Both the position numbers and the translations under genes were made by a program. Positions 31,565-49,430 of a stretch of DNA of 64,000 nucleotides are shown one piece after another. Source of the DNA: the human T2T-CHM13v2.0 reference genome, Homo sapiens; the NCBI RefSeq assembly GCF_009914755.1, contig NC_060933.1; one strand, given 5' to 3'. Position 1 is the stretch's first letter; each line of letters starts with the position of its first letter. The notes under the pieces are model-generated. The model searched no databases and was not told where the DNA came from. It was given only the letters and a program-made list of their open reading frames with translations.

Positions 31565-31881
31565 CATCCACAAATTTGAGCTTCACCTCCAGGGTCTCAC
31601 CTGATTATTTTACCTTCATATAGGATGTTGGCATCTTGTGACATGTTAACACCCACTCATAAGAATTGCAAAAGTTCCCAGATGATCTAGATGCTCCCAA
31701 AATCTTGGCACCAAGGTATTACTTAAATATGCAGGACTTCTACAGTGAGCGGCAATAAACAAGTACCAAAATCTATATATCAAATTTGGGACAAATAAAG
31801 AATTCCAGCTTGAATTACTCAGACAGTACAACTACCAGAAATAGAGAAATTCTAATTATCATAAGGTGACCTTATGCAGTG

Positions 31882-31886
<5 letters not shown>

Positions 31887-31919
<33 letters not shown>
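31887..31919. repeat. (CA)16 microsatellite
   Basis: Perfect CA run. Confidence 0.95.
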
Positions 31920-31921
<2 letters not shown>

Positions 31922-32334
31922 GATATAAAAGTTATAAATGCACTATAGCTTAGCATATGATTGTAAACCTCTGACCTTTAAATTGAGTAAAATTTACCCC
32001 CAATCCTTTGAAAATCTTCGCATACTTCATCTTCAACAAATAATACAGTAAATGTGCATAAAGACCATTTGCTCTACATGTAAAATTCTGACCTAGAAAC
32101 CCAGACAAACAGTTTTTTAAGAATGAGCATAACGCAAAGACAAGAACAGTACAGCAAACCACCATAAATTAAAATGGAATTTTGAGAACTAGAAGGTTTC
32201 CTTTTATAAAATTGAGTGGCCTCTGTTTTGAGTGTATTCAAATTGAATAGTACTAGTAGAGTTAACAATGAAAAAGTTTGATAAGAATCAGATCACTACC
32301 AACAAGAGACTTTGAAAAAAATACAGTAAAATGT

Positions 32335-32975
<641 letters not shown>

Positions 32976-33174
32976 TAAACGTGATGACTCCTGGAGTCAC
33001 TCCCACTCCTTTCCCTTCAGCTATGTAGCATTCTTTGTTTGCATAAGGCAGAGACTAGAGACTGTTAGGCTCAACAACCTCACCAGTACAACAGTTCAAG
33101 TGTACTGCTAACGCAGATCAAATTTGAGTCCCAGTTAAACGTTCCAGGGAATCCAGCACTGAAGAGGAGGGTTT

Positions 33175-33480
33175 TATTCAGGAGTCTTTGGGTTCCAAGT
33201 GAAAAAAATCCAACTCAAACTAGCATGGGCAAAAACATGGTAGCCAAATTCAGAAAGAATGATAGCCAGCTGGGCCTCAAGGTAAGACTGGATTTAGGGA
33301 CTCAAATACTCTTAGCCCTCCCTTTCTGTTTTCCATCTCTACTGCTCTGCTTTGTCAGCATCTCTTTCTCAAGCCACCTTTTTCCAGCAGGAGAATGGAA
33401 GGAAAAAATGACCCCAAGGAACTCTAGGCTTATAACCAGAAAGGAACCAAGGGCCCTTTCTCACCAGCTCTACTTAGGAA
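33175..33480 (-). mobile_element. Old MLT1 LTR fragment
   Basis: TTGGGTTCCAAGTGA..CCAACTCAAACTAGC typical of the MLT1J/K/L end. Confidence 0.45.
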
Positions 33481-33977
33481 TATTCTAGGGAAGCCACTGA
33501 AGTAGTAGCACAACCAGGCTTGTGCTTTTAAAAGATGCCCCTGACTGCTGCGTGGAGAATATACTGGGCAGAGGCACAAATGCAAGCCCCGCTTGACCCT
33601 GCTGTTCCTCGGTGAAATCCTCTCTTCTCCTGCCTTCTGCGACACAGCAACATTCCTGGTCTCTGGTAGAGGCTAAGAAGCCCTTTAGGTTCATTTCTGT
33701 TGTCACCACAGAACATCTCCTGGGTACTTCATTATTCCCCAGTTGCACTGGGGAAATAATTCAGAGTACTATGCTGATTCTGAAGCTGGAACTCAAGTGG
33801 AAAATTTACTCAGACTGATCCTCAATATCGCTTCTTTCGATAGGTAAATCCAAACCATATTGTTCCAACTACTTTTTCTCCTGAGGCTGCTGTTACTACT
33901 TAGTTCAAACATATCCATAGCTCCTCAAGTTTAGATTTAAATACAGACTTCTCAGGCTCTCCACAACACTTCCCTGA

Positions 33978-34291
<314 letters not shown>

Positions 34292-34667
34292 TTTTCATTT
34301 TTATTACCTAGATATGTGTGAACACCTTCTCATAGAAGACAAATTCAGAAGTATACAGAGAAAAAGGTGGCAGCTCGCCTTTAGCCTTCCCCATCCCCTC
34401 TCCAGAGGTGACCACTCTCAACTGTTTGGCAGGTATCTTTCCAGTCTATTTTCAATACATTTATCATATATATGTATGAAAATACAGATGTCTGTTTTTA
34501 TAAATATGACAAAGATAAGGCAATATGTACTGTTCGGTCAGTTGCCAACTACTATAACATATATAGTATTATTACTTAACAATATACCTTTCCATTTCAG
34601 TATGTATAGGTCTATCTCATTCTTTGTAAGGACAAACTAGTATTCATCAGGTAGATGCATTGAAGTA

Positions 34668-34968
34668 CAGATCTACAATCCCTTATATGCAATTTTAGAT
34701 CCAAAACATTCTGAAAACTGAATGTTTTTGGTACATTTACAGCAAATTCGTCTGGTGGTAAAACCTGATCTGAACTGACATGAAGCTATTTAGAGTGTTT
34801 ATTTATCCCACTTAGTGAATATTCATAATTTTCAATGCAAAAATAATAATGTGTTTCATTAGGGAGGTCTCCCCTAGACCCCACTAGTGTTGTATAATAT
34901 ACAACCCCAAATTCTGAATTATGAAACTTATCTTCCCCAAGAGCTTCAAATAAATGACTGTGGATCTA
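34668..34968 (+). mobile_element. MER46C (Tigger-type)
   Basis: CAGATCTACAATCCCTTAT...GACTGTGGATCT terminal inverted repeats with TA flanks. Confidence 0.7.
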
Positions 34969-35044
34969 TAGTTTTGGGATTGGGTATATATATATGCTTT
35001 CACTTTCTTGAGAAAAGCTTATGAAATATGTAAAACTACTACTA

Positions 35045-35290
35045 AAATAATTAATACTTATCAAATGCTTATTATATACCAAACATTATTCCAATACTTT
35101 CCATAAACTAAGTAATGCAATCTTCACAATACTGTCAATAAGTATTATTATGATCCCTATTTTATAGTTGAGAAAAACTGAGTCACAGAGAGACTGAGTA
35201 ATTTATGCAATTTCTATAGCAGTTTACTAAGTCAAAACTGAATCTAAACCAGTCTGGCCCCTGAATGTGTGCAGTTCATCCATTGTGCCA
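35045..35290 (-). mobile_element. MIR
   Basis: CCCTATTTTATAGTTGAGAAAAACTGAGTCACAGAGAG core. Confidence 0.7.
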
Positions 35291-35374
35291 TTTTACCTTT
35301 ATGCCCTCTGGGAATAATATAATAAATATCTAGTTAGATCTAAGCATTTTTCCCCATTTCTCTGACATCATTTA

Positions 35375-35995
<621 letters not shown>

Positions 35996-36828
35996 AACCC
36001 TACAAATACAGTTGAACCACCGTGTACTCCAACCGAATCCCATTCCCCTTCCTTCAGAGAGGTAACCACTGTCTTGAATTTGGAGTTTATTATTTTATGC
36101 ATGTTGTTTAAATGTTTATTCAACAACATATAGTACTTTTTTGTATTTTAGAGCTTACATATAGCAGGAAGAGGGACATAATTGAAAAAAGGACATCAAA
36201 TTCATAAAACAAGTTACTACTAATCACTAATATTCTGTTTCTTAACCTAGATGGTGTGGTGTGAGTATTCATTTAATGTTACTCTTTAAACTGCACATGT
36301 ACTATCATTTTGTATTTTATACATACCATAATTTTAAGTTTTAAAGGAAGTTTAATATTCATATAAATAATATAATATTTTGTAAATGTTGAAAAAATTT
36401 AAATCCCTCATTGGCCTGGCTTGAATATGTTCCTACCCCTCAAGTCAATCACTGTGCCCAGAAGGGTGGATGCTTGTTAGCTAGATTAACTAACAAGCAT
36501 CGTGTATCCATTCCTGTGGTCAGGGAGTGGGATTTATTATTCAAAGAAGGATAGGTTGGACAATGTTGGACAAACCAACAAATATAAAACAATGGCCATG
36601 GTGGGAGCCAGAAGTGTTGGAAAATATTAGAGAAGAAAAATGTCATCCAGACCCCCTTATTTAGAATGTCCATTACCTTCCCCACTGCTACCCAGATGGA
36701 TATACTTTCTACCTGTCCCTTAAACATTAATTTTTAAATGAAAGCCAAGACTCTAAAAATTAGAAGAATAAAATAATCCAAACGAAGCTATTCTGGAAAA
36801 ATAAAGAATGAAACTTCCCTCCCCATCA

Positions 36829-37170
<342 letters not shown>

Positions 37171-38114
37171 AAGAGGATAGAACTTTGTTTATGCCCACAC
37201 AAGCAAATTCAATGCTTTCACCTGGTCTTTGGGTAATCTTGGTAGTGGCCATCAGGTGGCATGTGGTTCTCTAATGGACCCAATTTATTATTTCTGGCAA
37301 GCTTGAGAAGAGACAAAGTCGTGAAAGCAGGAGGTGACTAATGAAAGACACTAATATTCCTCTACAAAATAATAAGAAAGATCAGCTCCACTGTGGGCAG
37401 TGGTGGATTTGCCAATCATGAAGCAGCTCATAAAACATGATACCCTTCTTTTTTGTAGGGTTGATCTGTACCTTGTTGCTTCCCCCAAAATGGAAGGAGA
37501 TCAGGATGGTAAATATTTAAAGAAATAAACATATCTTAGGATGAGATCAAGAATAAGAACTGGTATTAAATGCCAAAGTACAATGCACCTCCCAATACTT
37601 TTCTCCAGAACTTAAGCTACCAATATAGTCACAGAAAGATCTGGACAACCATCATTCTTTTCCAATCCCATCTGATGCAAAGGCTTACTTTTGTGGCAAA
37701 GAATACAGAACGCATGCATTCTCAATTATCAGTTTAGGAAATGAGAAACCAACAGGTGCTCAGCCACCACGCTCATCACAGCAACACTTTTGCCCAAGCT
37801 CACTAATCATAGAAGTTCCTTCTCATCCCCTGGGAAGAATGAGTGAAGAAACACGAAAAATGCTCTACATGATTGTGGAGTAGAAATGTCTTCCCCTCTA
37901 TAAAAACACAAGGATTGAGGAATAAATTGATCTCATCTCCCAAATCAACTGTAAATTTCTTAATATCAGGAAAATATGACTTATATTAACTTATGCATTG
38001 ATCACAGTTCCCAGTGGAGAGCTGGGCATACAATAGACAATAAGCAAATTTGACGCAATTTGACCATTTGCATTAGTCAGGGGTCTCCAGAGAAACAGAA
38101 CCAATAGGAGATAG

Positions 38115-38479
38115 TGTATTAGGCTGTTCTCACGTTGCTATAAGGACATAACCAAGACTGGGTAGTTTATAAAGGAAATAGGTTTAATTGACTCACAGTT
38201 TCAAAGGGCTTGGGAGGCCTCAGGAAACTTAAAATCATGGTGGAAGGGGAAGCAAGCACGTCCTTCTTCACATGGCAGCAGCAAGGAGAAGTGCTAAGCA
38301 AAAGTGGGAAAAGCCCGTTATAAAACCATCGGATCTTGTGAGAACTCACTCACTGCCACAAGAACAGCCTGAGGGTAATCGCCCACATGATTAAATTATC
38401 TCCTACTTGGTCTCTCCCATGACACGTGGGGATCACAATTCAAGATGAAATTTGGGTGGGAACACAGCAAACCATATCA
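38115..38479 (-). mobile_element. THE1D-like solo LTR
   Basis: TG..CA termini, GAGATTT/GAAATTTGGGTGGG..AAACCATATCA end; 5-bp TSD GATAG. Confidence 0.88.
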
Positions 38480-38912
38480 GATAGTTGATAGATAGGATGG
38501 ATGGATGGCTGGATAGATAGATAGATAATTATAAGTAATCGGCTCCCAGAATTTTGGGGGCTGAGAGCCCCAAAATCTGCAGTCCACAAGCTGGAGATGC
38601 AGATGAGCCGATGGTATAGTCCCAATCCAAGTCCAAAACCCTGAGAACAAGGAGACTCAATGCTTTAAGTATCTGTCTGAGTCTGAAGGCCTGAGAACTA
38701 GGAGAGTCAATGGTGTAAATACCAATCCAAAAGCCAGCAGGCTCAAGACCCAGGAAGAGCTGGTTTTTTAATTCAAGCCTGAAGACAGGAAAAGACTTAT
38801 GTTCCAGCTCAAACAGTCAGGTAGGAGGAGCTCCCACTTCTTCAGACCTTTTGTCCTATTCAGGTCTTCAATTGATTAGGTGAGGCCCAGCAAATTAGGG
38901 ATGGCAATCTGC

Positions 38913-39183
38913 TTTTTTTTTTTTTAGAGATCAGATCTCACTCTGTTACCCAGGCTAGAGTGCAAGTGGCATGATCATAGTTCACTGCAGCCTTGAACTC
39001 CCGGGCTCAAGTGATTCTCCCACCTTAGCCTCCTGAGTAGCTGGGGCTACAGGCACATGCCACCAAGCCCAAATAATTTTATTATTTTTTTAGAGACAGG
39101 ATCTCACTATGTTGCCTAGGCTAGCCTTGAACTCCTGGCCCCAAGCAATCCTCCTGCTTCAGTTTCCCGAGTAGCTGGGATTA
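38913..39183 (-). mobile_element. AluJ, 5' end lost
   Basis: Reverse AluJ motifs. Confidence 0.88.
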
Positions 39184-39379
39184 AGTCAAATGTTAATCTC
39201 ATCCAAAAACACTCTCACAGACATGCCCAAAATAATGTTTGACCAAACACCTGGCTATCCTATGACCCAGTCAAGCTGACATGTAATTAATCATTACACT
39301 ATTCTATACTCTGTGTGTATATGTGTGTGTGTGAGAGATGAAGACTAAATGTAATTTTAATGTATTCCAATTATACCTA

Positions 39380-39590
39380 ATAGTTGAGCAGTGCTCTACA
39401 GTTTATAAAACATTTACATATACATTACCTCATTCAGTCTTCACAGCAGTCAGTATTATGAGTATGGAAAATGAGGCTCAAAGGGGTGGCATAACTTGTT
39501 CAAAGTCACACAGCTAATAAGAAGTAGAGTTGATACTTGATCCACGTGATCTGACTCAGATCCAATTCTGTCTGCATCATACCATAGCTG
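39380..39590 (-). mobile_element. MIR
   Basis: ATGGAAAATGAGGCTCA..AACTTGTTCAAAGTCACACAGCTAATAAG. Confidence 0.7.
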
Positions 39591-40212
39591 CTTTACTATT
39601 GCTATGTATTTGTTAAGCATTTTGACCTCCTTAAAGAAGAAAAGGCTGTTGCAAATGAAGTCTGCGGCAGCAGCTGTATCCCCAGCTGTCTGAAATGCCT
39701 CCACCAGGTTTGGCAACAGCTGTCTTAGCTTGACATCTCACTGGGCTTCTGTCAGAGCCCCACCTTAGGGAATGACAAGTTTAATAAAGAAAAATCCAAC
39801 CTTCCCCCTGAACTCCTAGTTTTGCAGATGCAACTGACATCCGACAGGCTTGGAGGCCCTCACTGCAGGGAATGGTGTGACCCCAGCCTCCCAGCTCATA
39901 GATTATATGTTTGGCAGCTTTCTCTGCAATTGGTTGGCAACATTTGTGCCTTCTCCAGATCCTACTCCCTAGTCTCAATACTAATTTAGATGCAGTTCAA
40001 ACAAACACTGAGTATTTCATATGTGCCAGGCACTGGGGATATATAAAAAGATGAGTAACACATCATTTCTGCCTCAGGGACACCCAAAGTCCTACAGAAG
40101 AGTTAGAAACTTTATATTGCCAGTATGTCTGTGGAGACAATACCATTACCATGGCAAATGGGCCCCTTTTGAACAGAGAAATTCTAAGGAGATTGCTCAA
40201 AAAGTTAAATAC

Positions 40213-40514
40213 GGACTGGGTGCGGTGGCTCATGCCTGTAATCCCAGCACTTTGTGAGGCCAAGGTGGGCGGATCACGAGGTCAGGAGTTCAAGACCAGT
40301 CTGACCAACAGGGCGAAATCCCATCTCTACCAAAAATACAAAAAAATAGCTGGTCATGGTGCCGCGTGCCTGTGATCCCAACTACTTGGGAGGCTGAGGC
40401 ACAAGAATCATTTGAACCCAAGAGGCGGAGGTTGCACTGAGCTAAGACCACACCACTGCACTCCAGCCTGGACTACAGAGTGAGACTCTGTCGCCAAAAA
40501 AAAAAAAAAAAAAA
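40213..40514 (+). mobile_element. AluSg-like
   Basis: Alu consensus; TSD AAAAAGTTAAATAC. Confidence 0.95.
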
Positions 40515-40679
40515 AGTTAAATACCATGTTGACAATTTCCTCTGGGAGGAACAAATTCAAATGCCATCAAGAATCTCAGAAGGGCAAGAGCTGTGGAAGG
40601 GGCACTTCGAAATCTCAAACAATAAACACCTTTGTTCATGGGTACATAGGTGTTTGTTATTTGAGAACTAGAACCTCAT

Positions 40680-41950
<1,271 letters not shown>

Positions 41951-42269
41951 AAAACAGTAGGGGAATAGATCAAATAAGAGTGGCAAAATGTCCATCATTG
42001 TTGAAGCTGGATCACAGGTACATAGGTGTTTGTTATAATGCTGTCTCTACTTGTGTATATGTTTGAAATGTTTTCCAAATAACAAGTTGAAATTCTAAAA
42101 ACTAACACATAAAAAAGATAAAATAAGATCTCATGACCAGCTTCTAAGATAAGGGTTTCAGTTTAAATAGCAAATGGGAAACAAATGGGGGTAGGGGCAG
42201 TTGGTCTCAAGTGTAGTATTTTGAACTTTTGCTGACAATGTGACATGGCTGTGGGGCTGGACTGGGCCC

Positions 42270-43232
42270 AGTGCTTGTATCATTCATTCAGTGTCAGTAC
42301 AGGAAACAGCTGACACTCAAATTAGGATGGTTCCCTGAGGGCTTAGTAAAGGAAGTATTTATGGAGTAGAAGCAGAGTGTAGAGAAAGCACAAGGAGTCC
42401 TGCAGGGATGCCTGTGCTGGTAGCAGTGGATGTCACCAGCTTTCTCTCATGCTCTTGGTGGAATGCAGCCATGCGCATGTATTTCTCATGGGCATACAGG
42501 TTGAATGGCGGTCAGCTGGGGGCTCTGTTTCAAACTGGTGTCTCCACCTGGGCTTGGCTCCTCTTTGTCGATCAAGCTCTGGGCTACTCCACATGTGTTC
42601 ATTCTGGGCCCCAGACTAAAGAGGCAGCAGTTGCCCAGGGGAAGCTCTTCCTGTGAAGATGACAGGCACAAAAACAAAACAAAACAAAACAACCCCCATG
42701 CAATGGCTTTCCTCTTAATGCTAAGGCTTTTCCTAAAGGCTTAGGCTTGAAACTGGCGCAGATGGTTGGGTGTACCCACATCTCATGGGCCAAAGCTAGT
42801 CATAAAACCAAGCCCAAACGCAAGGGGCAATATATCCCTCCTTTTTGGCGGGGAGTAACTACAAAGTCACATTCAGGCAAAGAGCATGGAAACCAGGAGG
42901 GGTGAAGAATTAAGTCCAATAATTCATCTGCAGCACACTCTGAAAGCAAGGGAGGGAAGCCCGTAATAGAATCCAGAAAGTCATGAGAAGACCCCTTGAG
43001 AGAAGGCCTGACCTTCCATCTGAAAGAATGTGAAGAAATCCCACAGGGAGGATGCTAGGGGAATACATGTCCTGACTCCCTCAGGTCTTCTCTCTGGCTG
43101 CTCACTCCCCAAACCCAGCCAGAAGCCAAAAAGCAAAGAAGCCCTTTGATCCTTAAAGGTCAGGCTCCCGGGACAGGTAGCAGCCTGGAGAACAGCAAGA
43201 GTGAGTCTGTAGAGCCAAAAAGAGGATACAGG
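42270..43232 (-). mobile_element. LTR33-like ERVL LTR with probable MLT1 fragment inside
   Basis: AACCCAGCCAGAAGCCA, GGTCAGGCTCCCGGGACA; degenerate, boundaries approximate. Confidence 0.45.
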
Positions 43233-43234
43233 CC

Positions 43235-43812
43235 CACGCACACAGTTCATAGTAAGCAGATGAGCTGGGACATGAATTCTGGCAGTTTGCTCAGAATCCA
43301 CGCTCTTGATGACTATAACGTAACATCCTCCTTTCTAATCCCTGCTTGGGGGTCCCACTTCAATTTTTTTTTCTTTTTCTTTTTTTGTTTTTTTGAGACA
43401 GAGACTTACTCTGATGCCCAGGCTGGAGCTCAATCTTGGCTCATGGCAACCTCCACCTCCCAGGTTCAAGCAATTCTCATGCCTCAGCCTCCTGAATAGC
43501 TGGGACTACAGGCAAGCGCCACCACACCTGGCTAATTTTTATATTTTTAGTAGAGGTGGGGTTTCGCCATGTTTTGGCCAGGCTGTTCTTGAACTCCTGG
43601 CCTCAAGTGATCTGCTTGCCTCGGCTTCCCAAAGTGCTGGGATTACAGGCGTCAGCCACTGCGCCCGGCCCCACTTAAATTTTTTGTGGCCTAATAAAGC
43701 AGGTGAGCCCTGATTTTAGGCTCTGGACATACAAAACTTAGAATTTAGTTTCAGGGGCTCATTCTCTCCACCCCATAGAAAGTATTCTTTGCTTATAAAA
43801 GAACTTACTGCT
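43235..43812 (-). repeat. Local inverted duplication, copy 1 (contains an Alu)
   Basis: Reverse complement of 44372-44640 once the Alu is removed. Confidence 0.93.
43363..43669 (-). mobile_element. AluS
   Basis: Reverse Alu; TSD CCCACTTMAATTTTT. Confidence 0.93.
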
Positions 43813-44371
43813 ACTAGAGCAGGACCAAGTGAGGGTGGTGTACAGGCTAATAGCAGAGACTCAGTGTGTGAACAAAACCCTCACCTCCCTCCAGGTCCAG
43901 CCCAGGAAAATGGGGAACCTGTGGGATCAGAAGTTGCAGATGATCCTACAGGTGGCCTGGACCGCTACCTGGGCTTCTGATCCAGGGGGAAGGGCAGTGC
44001 ACCAAGAGAGAGGCTTTTCCGCCCACAAGAGACACAGCTGGAGGTGGAAACAGGCAATTAAGACTGATTGTCTGACTCAGCAATCAAATTAGGCTGTGAC
44101 AGCTATTGATAGTCAAGAGGAGGCAGGTTGCCTGTGGGAGTTGAGAACAGGCAATCAGTGCAGATTGACGCTTGAGAGGATCTGGGAGCAGATTCTGTGT
44201 CCGAGGGCTCTGGGGAGCCACCTCCCAAAAGGGAACACTTTGCTGAGACCCACCAACACTCTCCTGGTAGGCTATAAGGAAGCTCTCAATGTTTGTGCTG
44301 ATTGTGTTTCTTGGAGACAAATTAATGGCAAATGAAGCCAAAGTAATAATAATTAGCAGCATTTTTTTTAA

Positions 44372-44640
44372 AGCAGTAAGTTGTTCTTTTATAAGCAAAA
44401 AATCCTTTCTTTGCTTATAAGCATGGAAAGGATGAGCCCCTCAAACTAAATTCTAAGTTTTGTATGTCCAGAACCTAAAAGAAGGACTCTCTTTATTAGG
44501 CCACAAAAAATTGAAGTAGGACCCCAAGCAGGCAATAGAAAGGAGGATGTTGCATTATAGTTGTCAAGAGCGTGGATTCTGAGCAAACTGCCAGAATTCA
44601 CATCCCAGCTCAGCTGCTTGCTGTGAACTGTGTGCGTGAG
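44372..44640 (+). repeat. Local inverted duplication, copy 2 (probable donor)
   Basis: Matches 43235-43812 in reverse; continues as the rest of a MIR. Confidence 0.93.
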
Positions 44641-44800
44641 TTCAGGCAAGCTACGTGCCAATGTGTCCTTAGTTTCTGCATTTGTAAAATGGAAGCAATA
44701 CTCATACAGCCTAGAGTTGTGGATTTAATGGGTTAATAGATGTGAGCACTTAGTAGTGTTGTACACATAATGATATTCGAAGGTTAGTTCTTCTTATTAT
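44545..44800 (+). mobile_element. MIR
   Basis: AAGAGCGTGGATTCTG..GGCAAGCTAC..AGTTTCTGCATTTGTAAAATGG. Confidence 0.75.
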
Positions 44801-45278
44801 TGGCCCCAGTAAGCAGACTCAGGGACAATCCCCTGTCCCACATTCAGGCAGCATCCCTACCTTCTACCACTGCACCCTGTGTCACAGTTGGGAGCCTGGG
44901 AAGAGAGCGGTCCAGCCCTCTACCTGAGCCTAACTTTCAACTTGATCTTACCCCAGCACTGAATACAACTGAGACAGGATTGCTCTCATCACCTAAGGCT
45001 AGAATCCGGGGGAAATTTCCTTTCTCAGTGAGTGCCCTGACCATTCCATCCACCATTGACTCAAGTTGATGAGAACAATTAAAGGAAGAGGTGCTAGCTG
45101 CAGAAGGAAATCAGTAGTTTAATGAAAGGCAAAACAAGCCTACTAGAAAGACCAGTCCAAACCAAAAGAAGGAATTGACAAAGGCAGCTTAGCTTCTTAC
45201 CATGGTGCTTCAGGAGTTATTGAGTCCCCCGTCTCCCTGAAGTTTCTGTCCCTGGGTGGTGTCTCTCTCTTCCTTCAC

Positions 45279-45698
<420 letters not shown>

Positions 45699-45891
45699 TG
45701 ACAGTTTTTACATGTGTTTTGCCCTTGGTTGTCTGTGGATCCATAGCTCTCAGTACAAATACAAGGGTTTTTTTTTTTTTTTGCCTTTCAGTTAGGACAG
45801 CTGGGATCTATTTCACTAGCTCCATCACTAATCCCCTGTATAATGGTCAGCAATAATAACAGCAAACACATGTTACAGTCAATGCACATCA

Positions 45892-46166
<275 letters not shown>

Positions 46167-46270
46167 TGTGCATCACTGCATCACTCGCCCTTCTAAGTTC
46201 TTTATGTGTAATAATAACTCAGTTGTCAGGACATCCCACAAGGGGGTCTTTTATTATCATTATCATCACC

Positions 46271-46983
<713 letters not shown>

Positions 46984-47567
46984 ATCCTCATTTTCAGGTA
47001 AGGAAACTGAAACACATTTAGAGCATGTCTTGCAGTCTGGCTCCAAAGTCTGAGCTCCTAAATACTACTCTATTTTACTTCTATGAGCCTCAATTTCTGG
47101 TTTATGAAGCGAGGTGATCTGTATCCTAGTTGAGAGTGACAAATGTTGTTTCTTTCAGTCTTGTCTATTTGATTCTCACTCAGTCCATTTCCTGCTTCTT
47201 TTTTTTTTTTTTTTTTTTTTTTTTGAGTTTTAAACATTGCCAGCATGTTTCTTTTACCGCTGATGGCTGTAAAGGGAACTAGATGGCAACATTTGTTTAG
47301 GACCAGGGACTCCTACTACCATTGTTGCCAGCTCAGGACACCTTAGGAAAGAATTCCTAAACCTCCTCTTCTCCCCACCAGGTCTCCTAACTTTGGTATT
47401 CTTGGAAGGATGATAATAATTGCTTTCATTTATTAAGTAGCTGCTATGCTGCAACAACTACACGAACATTGTTTCTAATTCTTAAAGCCACACTATAAAG
47501 TAGGTATTATTCTCATTCTTTTTGATGAGGAAACTGAGGCCCAATAACACTAAATAACATGTCTAAG

Positions 47568-47879
<312 letters not shown>

Positions 47880-49093
47880 CTAAGGTCAAATACCTAGTAC
47901 ATTTAGACTCCTGATTCCCTTTCAGAGCCATCTGACACATAAGTTCTTTCCACCAGGCTGCTTGTCGTAGAAACCATCACTCCAGGTGATCTTCTGGTAC
48001 ATTCCCTTTTATTATTTGTGACCTCAGAGGTATCCGAGTCTTTCAGTATATTCTATGTTAAATAATATTTAAAATGCCCCAGGAGACACAAAGAAGAGTC
48101 TTCTGAAGAAGGAAGTAGAGGGACGGTTAGCTGAATCTAGGCAAATTCCTAAGAAAGTCTTAATGTAGCAACAACAAAAAACAGAGAGGCTTAAGAAATA
48201 AAGTGAAATAGACTAAGCAGTTTGATGTAGGTATTTAAATAAGGCTGAGCACAGTGCTGAGGAGTCTGATTTGAAGCTTTCTGAGCTCTCAACCAGAAAT
48301 TAATGAAGCAAACCTCCAAGGGACACATCCCAATTAGACCTATTTTCCAGATGATCGACTAGGACCCCAAAGTCTGATTCCTGTCCCTGGTACTCATCTT
48401 GGAACAAAATTATCCCTGTTGAGAAGCTATGCACCAAATACCGCTTGCACAAATAACTGCCTGATTTTTACAACAGGTCTGTGTCTTAGGACTTCTTGGC
48501 TGCCACCTTAGGATAATGAGCTCATTGGTCATTGCTGTGTTTCAATAAATATTTTTTTCCTGATAATGAGCCAATTTATAATTTAAAGCCAGACATTGTC
48601 AGGCCTGGGATCTTTTATAAAAAATGTATCATCATAATTGTTGTTATTTGGTATTGCCATCTGGGTCTCATTTCACAAAATAAAAGGCTTTCTTGTGCTT
48701 CTGGAAGCCACTTCTTCCGGGATAGTGTGTCCTCAAAACACCCCCTCACAGCATGGCCTTACGAATAGCGAGTTGTTCATGCAGCCTCCTCCAAACACTT
48801 TCTCCTTCGTGATCCCATTTTTAACAAAACCCCCAAATGATAATACCCCCTTATTCAGGCAGCTGCCATTTATAGAGTGCCTGCAATATGCCGGGCCTAA
48901 TGCCAGATGCTGTGGAGAATGCAAAGCCATAGAAGACACAGCCTGGCCCTCAACACTCAGTCTGAAAGGCATTAAATAAAAATTCGTACAATTGCGCGAT
49001 GTTAAAATTTGGAAGCCACATTAGGATATTTTGCTTTCTTGAGGAAAATTAAGGTTCTATCACTCCATCAAGCCTCATTTTACCCCACCATCA

Positions 49094-49430
<337 letters not shown>

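Larger units (their letters stand above)
38070..39297 (-). mobile_element. MLT2 (ERVL) LTR, interrupted by THE1D and AluJ
   Basis: ATTAGTCAGGGGTCTCCAGAGAAACAGAACCAATAGGA...CCAGTCAAGCTGACA. Confidence 0.85.

Noticed and set aside
47199-47224. T26 run as an orphan retroposon tail
   Set aside because: No convincing TSD or body; treated as a simple mononucleotide run
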